Below, in pieces: positions 9,338-19,960 of a stretch of DNA of 64,000 nt. Source of the stretch: an uncultured Chloroflexia bacterium. Its GTDB lineage: Bacteria > Chloroflexota > Chloroflexia > Thermomicrobiales > UBA6265. Each line of letters opens with the position of its first letter. Position 1 is the first letter of the stretch. The notes under the pieces are model-generated. The model searched no databases, was not told the DNA's origin, and saw only the letters and a program-made list of their open reading frames with translations. The DNA lies in the NCBI GenBank assembly GCA_963724295.1, contig CAVRUC010000008.1, positions 96,001 through 160,000 on the forward strand. The letters run 5' to 3'. Both the position numbers and the translations under genes were made by a program.

Positions 9338-10144
9338 CTACTCCGGCGCGGCCGCGTTCAGCAGCGCCAGGTACGCGTCGGCGCTCTCCTCGCCGGTGAT
9401 CGCGCGGACCACGGTCTCGTCCAGCTCGCTGGTGAACGAGGCCAGCCCGGCCTGAATCTCTGCCGCGGTGTCGCCGATCACCGCCGTTGCTTCTGCCGGT
9501 GTACCCATTCGCGCGAAGTTCGCCGCGTAGGCGGGATAGCCGCCGTAGCGCCCCGCCTCTTGCGAGAACACCTCCCGCGCCCCGGGGCCATAGACCGTCC
9601 GCACGTAACCGAGGATCAACGGCCGGGGGCGGCCCGCCTCCCGCGCCGCCGCGGTGACGATTGCCGCCGACGGCGCCACGTACTCCGCCGTGAGCCAGTT
9701 CAAGAGCACTCCGTCCGAGCTGCTCCCCGCCGTGGCACACATGTTCGGGCCGAGCGCGCCGACGACGATCGGCGCCTCGAGCCGCTCCTGCAGCGTTGTC
9801 GCGCCCTCCCGCACCCGGGCCAGTCCTCCCTGGGGGTTTCCCGATCCGATGCCGACGATCAGCCGCTGTTGCGGCAGACCAAGCTCGTCGACACGTCGCG
9901 CAATCACGTCCGCTGGCTGCCGATCGAGCGGGATGACCCCCACACCAAGCTGGACCTGCGAGGTCACCTCCGCCGCGGCGCGCAGCGACGCCAGCCCGTC
10001 ACCGTGCGGCGTGTCATTGACCCAGAAGGTGTGGTAGCCGGCTGCTTCGGCCGCGGCAGCCAGCGTCCGGATGACATCGTGCGGCAGCGCTCCCGCCACC
10101 CCGAATCCACGCCAACCCGCGCGCCGGCCCCCGTTGGTTGTCAT
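9338..10144 (-). CDS. LLM-class flavin-dependent oxidoreductase
   Basis: AEAAGYHTFWVND, LGVGVIP, VGALGP, DGVLLNW. Confidence 0.85.
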   Translation of the reverse strand: MTTNGGRRAGWRGFGVAGALPHDVIRTLAAAAEAAGYHTFWVNDTPHGDGLASLRAAAEVTSQVQLGVGVIPLDRQPADVIARRVDELGLPQQRLIVGIGSGNPQGGLARVREGATTLQERLEAPIVVGALGPNMCATAGSSSDGVLLNWLTAEYVAPSAAIVTAAAREAGRPRPLILGYVRTVYGPGAREVFSQEAGRYGGYPAYAANFARMGTPAEATAVIGDTAAEIQAGLASFTSELDETVVRAITGEESADAYLALLNAAAPE

Positions 10145-10288
10145 TTCGCCTCGACTCCTCGCTTCTGGTCACTTCACGATCAATGAGACTGACGCGACGA
10201 AGTGTCCGCGCGACGAGTGCCACTGACAACACCACCGTCCGCTGGTTGGGCAACAATCTCATCCCGGCGAGGCGATGGACCGGTCTCC

Positions 10289-10753
10289 TCAGTCTCGACC
10301 CAGGAGACGGTCGAACGAGATGGCGCCGGGTCCGGTAAGCGCCAGAGCAGCGGAGACCAGGCCCAGCAGTAGCGGGAACTCGTACCCTCCCTGGCCGTAG
10401 AACCCCTGCGGCCAGTGTGCCTTGCGCGCCGCAACCGCCATGTTGGCCGAGGCAACGAAACCGGCGGGCCGCGTTCCCAACCCGAGCGCCAGACCGAGCC
10501 CCCCTCCGAACTCAGCCAGACCGGCGAGCACGGCGGCGACCTGTGGCTCGGGGACACCCATCTGCGCGAGCATCTGAGCAAACGACTCCGGACCGCCTTG
10601 TTTGACCGCGGGGGCGAAGTTCGGACCGAGCGCCCCCGCGACGGGCTGAGGCGGTTCCTTCTCCGGGCCGCCGAAGAGCTTTGGGTAGCCATGGGCCATC
10701 AAGGTCACCCCGGCGCCCAGCCGGAGCAGCAACAGTCCCAGATCTCGTTTCAT
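10289..10753 (-). CDS. DoxX family membrane protein
   Basis: LLLLRL..G.TLMAHGYPKLFG, AEFGGG, GGYEF, GPGAISFD. Confidence 0.9.
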   Translation of the reverse strand: MKRDLGLLLLRLGAGVTLMAHGYPKLFGGPEKEPPQPVAGALGPNFAPAVKQGGPESFAQMLAQMGVPEPQVAAVLAGLAEFGGGLGLALGLGTRPAGFVASANMAVAARKAHWPQGFYGQGGYEFPLLLGLVSAALALTGPGAISFDRLLGRD

Positions 10754-10909
10754 CACCGCCTCCTCCGCACCATGCCATGGTCCCAACGCCCAGGTCGTTG
10801 CCTCGCACGTTCAGAGGCGGGAGAGCGTCACCATGCGGGGTCGCCATGCAACTCGCGGACCACCGCCGCGCGTCAGCCGGAGGCGACAACCAGCGATTGC
10901 CTGGCTGGC

Positions 10910-11959
10910 TCAGGACGTGACCGGCTCCCGCGCGGCGGGCGGCGACCATCCCGCTGACAGCTCGAATACGCGCGCCATGTCGCCGATCATCCGCCGCCTG
11001 TCCTCCGGTTCAGGCAGGAAGGTGGTGATCATCACCTCATCCACCTGCGATTGGTCGGCGAGGTCACGGACCTGGCGGTGGACGTCCTCCGCGTCGCCGA
11101 CGAAGGAGCGCATCGGCATCGAGGCGATCATCTGCCGCTCGGCGGCCGTGAACGGGTAGCGCTTGGCCTCCTCCAGCGTCGGGTAGGCGCCCAGCTGCCC
11201 ACTGCGCAGGCGGAGCAGGAGCAGGTCGTTGATCAGGGACAGCTCACGAGCGTGCTCAGACGTCTCGCCGACGGTCACCGAGACGGTGAGGATCGACCAC
11301 GGCTCCGGGTAACGTTCGGAGGGAACGAAGGACGCCCGGTAGTCGCGCAGGGCCGGCACCGCGCCGCGGCCATTGATGTGAGCGGCAAAGGCGAAGCCCA
11401 ATCCGGTTTCGGCGGCGAGCCGGGCGCTGAAATCGCTCGACCCCAACAGCCATAACGGGGGCAGCCTGGTATCGACCGGCACCGGCCGGATCGTCCGAAA
11501 GGGGTGATCGGCGGGGAAGGCCTGGTCATCGAAAGCCAGCAACTCGGCGAGCAGTTCGGGGTAATCGTCGGCGGTCAGAGCCTCAGCGGAGCGCCGCATG
11601 GCGAATGCGGTGATGGTGTCCGTGCCGGGAGCCCGACCCAGTCCCAGGTCGATCCGTCCAGGGTGCAGCGCTTCCAACAGCCGGAAGGTCTCGGCGATCT
11701 TCAGCGGGGCGTGGTTCGGCAGCATCACACCGCCGGCTCCCACCCGCAGGCGGGAGGTCCGGCTGGCAACGTGCTCGATCATGATCTCCGGTGCCCCGCT
11801 GGCCAGCCCCGGGGAGTTGTGGTGCTCGGCGTACCAGACCCGGTGGTACCCGAGCTGGTCGGCGAGCACCGCCAGATCGACCGAGGTTCGCACGGCTTCG
11901 CCAGCCGAGGACCCCGCCACGATCGGCGTCAGGTCGAGCAGGGAAAGAGGACGGGGCAC
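10910..11959 (-). CDS. Luciferase-like monooxygenase (LLM, group 1)
   Basis: LSLLDL, GYHRVWYAEHH, GGVMLPNH, PGRIDLGLGRAPG, WLLGSS. Confidence 0.92.
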   Translation of the reverse strand: MPRPLSLLDLTPIVAGSSAGEAVRTSVDLAVLADQLGYHRVWYAEHHNSPGLASGAPEIMIEHVASRTSRLRVGAGGVMLPNHAPLKIAETFRLLEALHPGRIDLGLGRAPGTDTITAFAMRRSAEALTADDYPELLAELLAFDDQAFPADHPFRTIRPVPVDTRLPPLWLLGSSDFSARLAAETGLGFAFAAHINGRGAVPALRDYRASFVPSERYPEPWSILTVSVTVGETSEHARELSLINDLLLLRLRSGQLGAYPTLEEAKRYPFTAAERQMIASMPMRSFVGDAEDVHRQVRDLADQSQVDEVMITTFLPEPEDRRRMIGDMARVFELSAGWSPPAAREPVTS

Positions 11960-12053
11960 GAATGATCCTTTCGAGAAAAGCGGATAACGACAAAGAGCGC
12001 GGCCCCGAGTAGTGCCAGATACGCCGGGACGAAATCCGCGGCGATGGACAGAA

Positions 12054-13208
12054 TCAGCCGGCGCTCACTTGAGGCGCCACGGGCGCCGTCCCGGCGGCAT
12101 GTCGGCCTGGCAGGCGAATGAGGCGCGCCGTACGAACCCAGCCGAAGGCCCAGGTCAGGGCGACCAGGCCAAACGCGAGATTGAACATGAGGAGGATCCC
12201 GGCCTGCGACAGTGAGTAGGCGGTGATCACCTCGATCGATGCGATCCCCTGCAGGGCGACCAGGTCGAACGCCTGCGTCGTTCCGAACCCGCCCGGTGTG
12301 ACCTGCACGGTGCGGGCCAGGCCATGGGAGACGTTGACGCGCAAGAGTGTTTCCAGTGATGGCGAAACGCCAAAGGCAAGCAGCAGTGTCCCCGTGACAC
12401 CCCAGCGCAGCGCGAAAGCGAGCAGCGTCGGCACCATGACCGTAAGGATGTAGCGGCCGGGGGTGCGCAGGATTGCTCCGCCCGTGGCCATTTGCGCGAC
12501 GAACTCGCGCAGCCAGTGCCGGCCGCGCCGGAGGAGCACGACGAGCAGCGAAGCGATCAGTGCGGTCAGCAGTACCGCCGGCAAGGGCCATTCGACAAAG
12601 AAGGCCACCACCCGGTCGATAAACCCGCCCTGCTCGCCGAATCCGGCATTTGCCACCCCGAAGAGCACCAGCAGCACGGTACCAAGAGTCGTGGAGGAGA
12701 TTCCCTGCACCACCCGCGTCGCCAGGACCGCCGTGATGCTCAACGACGGGAATGCGGCCCGGTAGAGCCCGAGGACGGCGAAGCCTCCAAGCTTCGGCGG
12801 GATAATCGCGAAGATCGCGACGCCGCCCTGGACAACGCCAAGCGTCTGCCGGAACCCAATCCCCTCCTCGGGATAGGCGGCACGCAAGACGGTCCTCCAG
12901 GCGACCGCGTTCAGGCTGACCTCAGCCGCCTTCAGCGTGCAAGCCAGCATGACGAATGGCGCGGGAATACCGGCGATCAAGACCCAGATGTCGGCAAACC
13001 ACGTCCACGGGTCGAGTCCCAGGCGACCGACGAACTCGATCGACGCCACCAGGACGGCGATGCCAAGCACGACTCCTGCGGCCCAGCTCGCAATGCGCCT
13101 GGTGCCAGCCGGAAACGATGACCGCGGGCGCGCCAGGTCGATAGCACACCCTGCGGTGAGGCTTTCCGGCCCTTGCCAACTGGACTGCGATGCAGGCGAA
13201 GTCACCAT
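12054..13208 (-). CDS. Lysylphosphatidylglycerol synthase TM-domain (flippase-like, UPF0104) protein
   Basis: Multi-TM; W..VL, IPPKLGG and TPGGFGT motifs. Confidence 0.75.
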   Translation of the reverse strand: MVTSPASQSSWQGPESLTAGCAIDLARPRSSFPAGTRRIASWAAGVVLGIAVLVASIEFVGRLGLDPWTWFADIWVLIAGIPAPFVMLACTLKAAEVSLNAVAWRTVLRAAYPEEGIGFRQTLGVVQGGVAIFAIIPPKLGGFAVLGLYRAAFPSLSITAVLATRVVQGISSTTLGTVLLVLFGVANAGFGEQGGFIDRVVAFFVEWPLPAVLLTALIASLLVVLLRRGRHWLREFVAQMATGGAILRTPGRYILTVMVPTLLAFALRWGVTGTLLLAFGVSPSLETLLRVNVSHGLARTVQVTPGGFGTTQAFDLVALQGIASIEVITAYSLSQAGILLMFNLAFGLVALTWAFGWVRTARLIRLPGRHAAGTAPVAPQVSAG

Positions 13209-13317
13209 GTTCTCCCACGGCGAGCGGCAGCCCGGCGCCCTTGCCGAGCGATCTACCGCCGCCGGTTACTGTGCGCGCCTATTGTGCGCCGGAATGAGCT
13301 CTCCTGTCGCCTAACGG

Positions 13318-13410
13318 GGGTGATGGGTGATGGGTGATTACTCGCTCCGCTCGTGGTGGCAGGGTGTCGGGACATTCGTTCTCCCTGTCACCCCGCCACC
13401 CTGCCACCCT
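13318..13410. repeat. Short intergenic tandem repeats (GGGTGAT x3; GCCACCCT-like x3) forming a hairpin
   Basis: gggtgatgggtgatgggtgat, then ggtggcagggtg pairing with caccctgccacc. Confidence 0.55.
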
Positions 13411-14777
13411 CAGAACAACAGCGGCACCTGGCGGAACCCGCGCAGGAAGCTGCCACCCCACTGGATCTCGTCGGCGGGAACGGCGAGCCGCAGATCGGGG
13501 TAGCGCCGGATCAGCGTCTCAAAGGCGACCTGTCCCTCGACCCGGGCCAGCGGCGCTCCCAGACAGACGTGGATCCCCTTGCCGAAGGCGACGTGGCGGT
13601 TGGCATCCTCCCGGCTGATATCGAACGCGTCGGGAGCGACGAAGCGCTCGGGATCGCGATTGGCGCCCGCCAGACTGACAGTGACCTGATCCCCGGCGGC
13701 GATGCGCGTCCCCGCGATCTCGAGGTCCTCGGCGGCCATACGGCGCCCGACGAAGTCGACCGGCCCCCAATAGCGCAGTGTCTCCTCGACGGCATTCCTG
13801 GCCAGTCCCGGATCTTCCCGCAGCCTGGCGAATTGCTCCGGGTGGGTGAGAAGCGCGACGACGCCGTTGCCAATCAGGTTCACCGTCGTCACGTGTCCAG
13901 CCAGGTACATAAGGAAGACCGTCGCCAGGATCTCCTCTTCCGTCAGAACGACATCGTCCTCTTCCGCCAGGACCATCCGGCTGATCATGTCGTCGGTCGG
14001 CTGGCGGCGCTTGCGCGCGAACAGGTCTCTCAGGTAGGCGATGAAATCGCGGAGCCCTTGCCGTACTTGCTCGTCCATGGCGCTGTCGCGCCCGCGATCG
14101 ACCCGGAGCAGGTTCTCGGTCCAGCCCCGGATCTGCTCGCGATCCTCGCGCGGGATGCCCAGCATGTCGGAGATGACCGTCACCGGGAATGGGTAGGCGA
14201 AAGACCGGATCAACTCCATCCGCCGGTTCGGCGCGGTCTCGCCGCGCGCGGCCGCTTCCCGCTCGGCACGATCGAGGAGCGCATCGACGACCTGCTGGAT
14301 GCCCGGTCGCATCGCCTCCATGCCACGACCGGTGAAGCTGGGCTGGACCAGCTTGCGGATCCGCGTGTGGTCGGGCGGGTCGATGGCAATGAGGCTCCTG
14401 ACCAGCGGCCGGAACTCCTCCGGACTCTCGGGCATCTGCTCCCGTTGCTCGGGGGTCAACCGCGAGCGAGGATCGACGTAAAAGCGGTCGTCGAGCAAGG
14501 TGGCGACAACGTCGTCATAGTGGGTGACGAAAAAAGACTCCCGGTTGAACATCTCGTTGCGCGGTCCGTCACGCTCTGCACCTGCCTCGCCGGCGGCAAA
14601 CTTGACGACGCCGACGCGACCCCGCTCGCGCATCGCGGCGTAGGTGTCGTAGGCCGTGGCCATGAACGCGGGATCGCCGATGTCCAGCGTGACCACCTCG
14701 GGTACGAGCGGCTCCTCGGCGCCGTTTGCGTCCGCGGCGATCGTCTGTGGTTGGTCCGATGTCTTTAGAGTCGCCAT
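13410..14777 (-). CDS. Cytochrome P450
   Basis: DPPDHTRIRK, AGHVTT, EETLR, heme motif HVAFGKGIHVCLG. Confidence 0.96.
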   Translation of the reverse strand: MATLKTSDQPQTIAADANGAEEPLVPEVVTLDIGDPAFMATAYDTYAAMRERGRVGVVKFAAGEAGAERDGPRNEMFNRESFFVTHYDDVVATLLDDRFYVDPRSRLTPEQREQMPESPEEFRPLVRSLIAIDPPDHTRIRKLVQPSFTGRGMEAMRPGIQQVVDALLDRAEREAAARGETAPNRRMELIRSFAYPFPVTVISDMLGIPREDREQIRGWTENLLRVDRGRDSAMDEQVRQGLRDFIAYLRDLFARKRRQPTDDMISRMVLAEEDDVVLTEEEILATVFLMYLAGHVTTVNLIGNGVVALLTHPEQFARLREDPGLARNAVEETLRYWGPVDFVGRRMAAEDLEIAGTRIAAGDQVTVSLAGANRDPERFVAPDAFDISREDANRHVAFGKGIHVCLGAPLARVEGQVAFETLIRRYPDLRLAVPADEIQWGGSFLRGFRQVPLLF

Positions 14778-14856
14778 GGTGTCTCGTCGATTTCCTTCCA
14801 GTTCGCGTCCGCTGCCTGCCGCTGGACCATCCGGCGGCGTTACGAGTCCCTCGATG

Positions 14857-15462
14857 TCAGCCAGGACGTGCCGTTCTCCCGGCACTGGCGCGGTCCAACC
14901 GCCTCGTATTCGGCTCGTCCATGACCGGCGTCTCCTCTTCACAAGCGCAGTCGTCATCCCAGGCGGGGAGATCGTCACCAACCTTCATCCCGACCGGCCC
15001 GGGAGCCTGTGCTTCGAGTGCGGCGAAGGTCCGCTGCAAGAGATCGAGCGCGCGGCCGAGCTCGGCCAGCTCGCGAGGCGAGGCCTGGGAGAGCGGCGCC
15101 GCGAGCTCCTCCGTCAAAGCCCGCTCGACGAGCGTGCTGGCGGCCAGACCAGCGTCGGTCAACGCCAGGCGGAGCCGCCGCCGGTCATTGGGGTCAGGCT
15201 CCCGGCGTACGAGCTCGCGACGCTCCAGACGGTCGATGATGCCGGTGATGACGGCCGGGGTGACCTGCCAGAGACGAGCCAGCTCGCCCGGCGAGGAGGC
15301 GCCGTTTCGAATGCCGGTGAGGGCGGCGTACTGGCGCAAGCTGAGACCGGTATCGGCCCCGGCCCTGTGGACGCGCGCTGTCACCCAGCGGCGCAGGACG
15401 GGAAGCAACGCCAACGTCTGCTGAGCGCGGTCGGCTCCTTGAGATACCTGGCTCGTGGTCAT
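14857..15462 (-). CDS. MarR family transcriptional regulator
   Basis: LSLRQY..L, ELA...VT..IDRLERRELVRREPDPNDRR...LT..G. Confidence 0.92.
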   Translation of the reverse strand: MTTSQVSQGADRAQQTLALLPVLRRWVTARVHRAGADTGLSLRQYAALTGIRNGASSPGELARLWQVTPAVITGIIDRLERRELVRREPDPNDRRRLRLALTDAGLAASTLVERALTEELAAPLSQASPRELAELGRALDLLQRTFAALEAQAPGPVGMKVGDDLPAWDDDCACEEETPVMDEPNTRRLDRASAGRTARPG

Positions 15463-15642
15463 CGCATCCTCTTAGCGGTTCCGGCTGCGTGGGGCGCGCC
15501 ACACCGTCTTGTCATTCGCCGGAATTAGTTTATCACAGAAACCTTTTCCTTAGCAAAGCGATGTGGCTGCAGGTTCGCTTGCCCACCGTCACCGCGCCGA
15601 AACCGGCTTTCCATGGACCGGTACAGAGAGGTGTGTGCCTCT

Positions 15643-15658
15643 CTGGCATGCCGGTTGC
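15643..15658 (+). promoter_or_regulatory. Sigma-54 (-24/-12) promoter
   Basis: CTGGCATGCCGGTTGC, exact GG-N10-GC spacing with TTGC. Confidence 0.6.
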
Positions 15659-15749
15659 GTTCAGTTCAGCAGCTCGGCGAGCCGAGACCGCTTGCCCATC
15701 GTTCACAGTCGCGGCACGTGCGGCTGCTCCACCAGGAGAGGAAGTTCCG

Positions 15750-16073
15750 ATGCGTCGATCGCATGTAGCTGCCGCAACGCTCAGTCTCGCGCCCTGGGTC
15801 CTGGCGGGTTCGCTATTCCTGGCAGAGGGCGCGCCCGTCTCCGCCCAGGACGCAACTCCAGCCCCCATCGAGGTCACCACCGAGACGTCTACGGCGTCCC
15901 CGGAGCCCTCGGCGCAGGCCGTTGGTGGCGAGAACGCACCCTCGGCTGTGCCTGCCACCGGGGTCGGTCCCGGTCTCGCGGCTGGCGGCACCGGACCGCT
16001 CTCGCTCGGCGCTCTGGTCGGAGCCGGCGTCGCGGCCATTTTCGCGTTACGGGAGCGGCTCAAGAACCGCTAG
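15750..16073 (+). CDS. Small secreted protein with LPXTG-like (VPATG) sorting signal
   Basis: Signal peptide ending SAQDATP; VPATG, hydrophobic stretch, then RERLKNR basic tail. Confidence 0.7.
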   Translation: MRRSHVAAATLSLAPWVLAGSLFLAEGAPVSAQDATPAPIEVTTETSTASPEPSAQAVGGENAPSAVPATGVGPGLAAGGTGPLSLGALVGAGVAAIFALRERLKNR

Positions 16074-16193
16074 TTCTCCCCATCCCGGCTGACAGTGGCC
16101 GGATCATCTTCGGTACTCCCCTGTCACCGGCCATACAATTCCCGCGCACGGCCGTCTCGATGTTCGGCGCCGCGACGCCAGGGAACTGACTGG

Positions 16194-17153
16194 GTGATTG
16201 CCGACTACTTGGTGCGGCGGCTCCTGCAGATGGTGCCACTGTTGATCGGGGTCTCGGTGCTGGGCTTCGCCATGATGCACCTGGCGCCGGGTGGTCCGAC
16301 CGCGCTCTACACCATGAATCCGAATGTCACCGCTGAGGACGTCGAGCGGATCAAGGAGGCCTGGGGGCTCAACGATCCGCTCCATGTTCAGTACCTGCGC
16401 TGGGTCGGCAACATGTTCAGCGGAAACTTCGGCAATTCGTTCCGGGGCGGGGCCGAGGTGCGCGGGCTGATCATCGAACGCATTCCCGCCACTCTGGAGC
16501 TGATGGGTACCTCCTATCTGATCGCGGTGGTCCTGGGGTTCTTCATCGGTACCCTCGGGGCGTTCCGGCAGTACTCCGTTTTCGACTATCTGGCCACGAC
16601 CGGGGCACTCATCACACTCTCCGTCCCCACCTTCTGGTTTGGGTTGATGGTCATCTTCATCTTTGCCGAACAATTAGGTTGGATCCCCTCAGGAGGGACG
16701 CGTTCGCTTGGGAGGGGCGGCGGCGGATTGGTCGATCAGGCTCATCACCTAGTCGCTCCGGCGATGGTGCTCGGTCTCGTTCTCACCGCGCAGTGGAGTC
16801 GCTATTTCCGCACCAGCTTGCTCGAAACCAAGAATCAGGAGTACGTGCGGACGGCTCACGCCAAGGGCCTCACGAACAGCGCGGTGCTCAGCCATCACAT
16901 CCTGCGTAACGCGATCCTGCCGATGATCGCCCTCGCCGGAGTGCAGCTCCCAGCGGTCTTCAGCGGCGCTCTGGTTGCCGAGAGCATCTTTGGTTGGGCC
17001 GGTATGGGGCGCCTCTTCCTCGATGCCTTGACCTACCGGGACTACCCGGTGCTCATGGCGATGCTGATGATCACCGCGTTCCTGGTCGTCATCGGTAACC
17101 TGCTGGCGGATCTTGCCCTGGCCATCGTCGACCCCCGCGTGCGAGCGGTCTAG
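16194..17153 (+). CDS. Peptide ABC transporter permease (OppB/DppB family)
   Basis: YLVRRLLQMVP, APGGP, EYVRTAHAKGL, HILRNA, RDYP. Confidence 0.93.
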   Translation: MIADYLVRRLLQMVPLLIGVSVLGFAMMHLAPGGPTALYTMNPNVTAEDVERIKEAWGLNDPLHVQYLRWVGNMFSGNFGNSFRGGAEVRGLIIERIPATLELMGTSYLIAVVLGFFIGTLGAFRQYSVFDYLATTGALITLSVPTFWFGLMVIFIFAEQLGWIPSGGTRSLGRGGGGLVDQAHHLVAPAMVLGLVLTAQWSRYFRTSLLETKNQEYVRTAHAKGLTNSAVLSHHILRNAILPMIALAGVQLPAVFSGALVAESIFGWAGMGRLFLDALTYRDYPVLMAMLMITAFLVVIGNLLADLALAIVDPRVRAV

Positions 17154-17171
17154 CGGAGCGCGGGAGGACCG

Positions 17172-18080
17172 ATGGCCGCTACCCGAGCCGCCACTGCTGC
17201 CACGTTGAGCATGCCGGCCCGCATGAGCCGGGAAGAGAGCATCGCCGGTCAGATCTGGCGCCGGTTCCGCCAGCACCGGATGGCGATGTTCGGCCTGATC
17301 ACCATCATCGTGCTCTTTCTTGCCTCGCTCTTCGCCCCAGCCATCGCGCCCTACGACCCGGATCAGGTCAACCCCATCGCCCGGCATCAGCCACCGCTCT
17401 CCCCGGGCCATCTGCTCGGCACCGATGAGATCGGCCGCGACGTCTTGAGCCGGTTACTCTACGCGGGCCGGGTCTCACTGACCGTCGGCTTCGCCGCCAT
17501 GGTGGTAACGATCGTCGTCGGCTCGGTCGTCGGGCTCTGCTCCTCCTACTACGGTGGCAAGACCGACGTGCTGCTGATGCGCCTGACTGATGTCTTCCTG
17601 TCGTTCCCGACGATCTACTTGCTGCTGGTGCTGGCGGCCTTTGTGCGGCCATCTGTGCTGACCATCACGCTCATCGTCGGCTTGACCGCCTGGATGGAAG
17701 TGGCCCGAATCGTCCGCGCGCAGTTCCTGACGCTCAAGGAGCAGGAGTTCGTCACCGCGGCACGCGCGATGGGATCGACGGCGCCGCGGATCATGCTGCG
17801 CGAATTGCTGCCGAACGGGGTAGGCCCGATCATCGTCGCCGCGACGTTGCAGGTGGCGGCCGCCATTCTGGCCGAGTCCTACATCTCATTTCTCGGCTAC
17901 GGGATTCAACCGCCGCAGGCAAGCTGGGGCATCATGCTCAATAACGCCCAGGAGTTCTTCACCCGGGCTCCCTGGTTGGCCATTTTCCCGGGTGTGGCCA
18001 TCACCTTCGCCGTGCTGGCCTTCAACTTCGTCGGCGACGGACTGCGCGACGCCTTCGATCCCAGGCAGCGGGTGCGCTAA
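17172..18080 (+). CDS. Peptide ABC transporter permease (OppC/DppC family)
   Basis: HLLGTDEIGRDVLSRL, EFVTAARAMG, FNFVGDGLRDAFDP. Confidence 0.94.
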   Translation: MAATRAATAATLSMPARMSREESIAGQIWRRFRQHRMAMFGLITIIVLFLASLFAPAIAPYDPDQVNPIARHQPPLSPGHLLGTDEIGRDVLSRLLYAGRVSLTVGFAAMVVTIVVGSVVGLCSSYYGGKTDVLLMRLTDVFLSFPTIYLLLVLAAFVRPSVLTITLIVGLTAWMEVARIVRAQFLTLKEQEFVTAARAMGSTAPRIMLRELLPNGVGPIIVAATLQVAAAILAESYISFLGYGIQPPQASWGIMLNNAQEFFTRAPWLAIFPGVAITFAVLAFNFVGDGLRDAFDPRQRVR

Positions 18081-18183
18081 TTCGCAAGAGCAGGCACAAT
18101 AGTGCGGCGTGCTTACGTTCAAGATGTTGTGTCACGACGCCGTCACGATCCGGCGCGTGTGATTCAGGCAGAGGAGGAACTCC

Positions 18184-19897
18184 ATGGTCCAGGTTGACAC
18201 GATCGCGGCGCTTTTCGAGAGCATCGCCAACGGGCGGCTCTCCCGCCGGCAGGCGCTCCAACGCGCTGGCGCGCTGGGTCTTGGCGTGGCGGCGGCTTCA
18301 ACGATTCCAGGTGGGCTCGGCGGCCCGACGAACGACGCCCTGGCTCAAGAGGGCGGCGAGCTCATCGTTGGCTCCTCTCAGGAGGCGGTCAACTTCAACC
18401 CCCTCCTCTACACCAACACCGGACCTGACACGCTGCCCGACGTCCTCATGTTCGACAGCCTCATGAAAATCACGCCCGAGGGCACGTTCGTCCCCAATCT
18501 GGCGACGGATGTTCCGACGCAAGGAGAACGGCGGCATCTCCGAGGACGGGCTGACCTGGACATTCACCCTGCGCGACGACGCCAAGTGGCATGACGGCGA
18601 GCCGTTCACCTCCCGCGACGTCCAGTTCACCTGGGAGACGATCATGAACCCCGACGTGGCGGTGCGCTCCCGCACGGGCCACGACAAAGTCGAGTCAGTC
18701 GAGACACCCGACGAGCACACCGTCGTCATGACGCTGAAGGAGCCATTCGCTCCCTTCCAGCTCCTCTGGACCGGTGGCGTGACCTCCATCATTCCCGCTC
18801 ACATCCTCGGTGAGGTCGAGGACATCAATACTGCCCCCTTCAACACCTCTGCTCCCGTTGGTACCGGTCCATTCAAGTTCGTCGAGCACGTCGGCGGAGA
18901 TCATCTGACGGTCGAACGCAATCCGGATTACCACGGCGGTCCCGCCAAACTCGACCGCATCATCATCAAGCTGATCCCCGAAGTTCCTCTCATGTTCACG
19001 CAGCTGAAGACCGGGGAGGTCCAGGTCATCGACTACCAGGGCGTTCCCGCGGAACGATGGGAGGAGGCGCAGAATACCGAGGGCATTACGCCGATTCGCA
19101 AGCCGACGAACTTCGTCGAGTTCATCTATTTCAACAACTCTCTGCCGCAGTTCCAGGACAAGCGTGTCAAGCAGGCGCTCTACCACGCTGCCGATACCCA
19201 GACGATCATCGACACGATCTACTACGGCTTCGAGAATCCGACGCTGACGTATCTGAACCCGGACCACTGGGCGTACAACCCGGACGTGAAGACGTACCCG
19301 TACGATCTCGATCGAGCGAACGCGCTGCTCGACGAAGCGGGCTGGGTGCGCGGCGATGACGGGGTGCGAGCCAAGGACGACGTGCGTCTGGCATTCAGCA
19401 TGTCGACGACGACCGGCAATCTCAGTCGGGAAAGCGCGCAGCTCATCCTGCAGCAATCATTCAAGGAAATCGGCGCCGAGATGACGATCGACAACCGGCC
19501 GGCCTCGACTCTCTGGGGAGACGATGTCCCGGCTGGCAAGTACGAGACGCTGATGGTCGCCTGGGACAACCCGATCCCCAGCGATCCTGATCCCACCTCG
19601 CGCCTCCACAGCAGCATGATTCCGTTCGAATCCGGCTCCGGTGCGAACTATGTCGCGTTCAAGAACGCGGAGGCGGACGCGCTGATGGAGCAGGGAGTGC
19701 GCGAGACGGACCAGGAAGCTCGCGCCGAGATCTACCGGAAGCTGCAGGACCTCCTGGCCGAGGAGCTGCCCTGGGCGCCGTTGTTCAACAACGTCAATCG
19801 ATTTGCGCACGTGAGCTCACTCCAGGGATACCGGCCGAATCCGTACATGGCGACCAATTTCGACAACGCGGCGGAGTGGACGCTCGCCGCGGAGTAA
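18184..19897 (+). CDS. Peptide ABC substrate-binding protein (family 5), Tat signal; frameshift near 18521
   Basis: LSRRQAL leader; VPNLATDVPT continues as ENGGISEDGLTWTFTLR in another frame; GTGPFKF. Confidence 0.9.
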
Positions 19898-19909
19898 TAC
19901 CTGCCACAC

Positions 19910-19937
19910 CCCCTCTCCCCGGGTCCGGGGAGAGGGG
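19910..19937 (+). terminator. Strong GC hairpin (REP-like or mRNA-stabilising) after the SBP gene
   Basis: CCCCTCTCCCC-gggtcc-GGGGAGAGGGG. Confidence 0.55.
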
Positions 19938-19960
19938 CAAGAAGGTGAGGCTATCGGATC

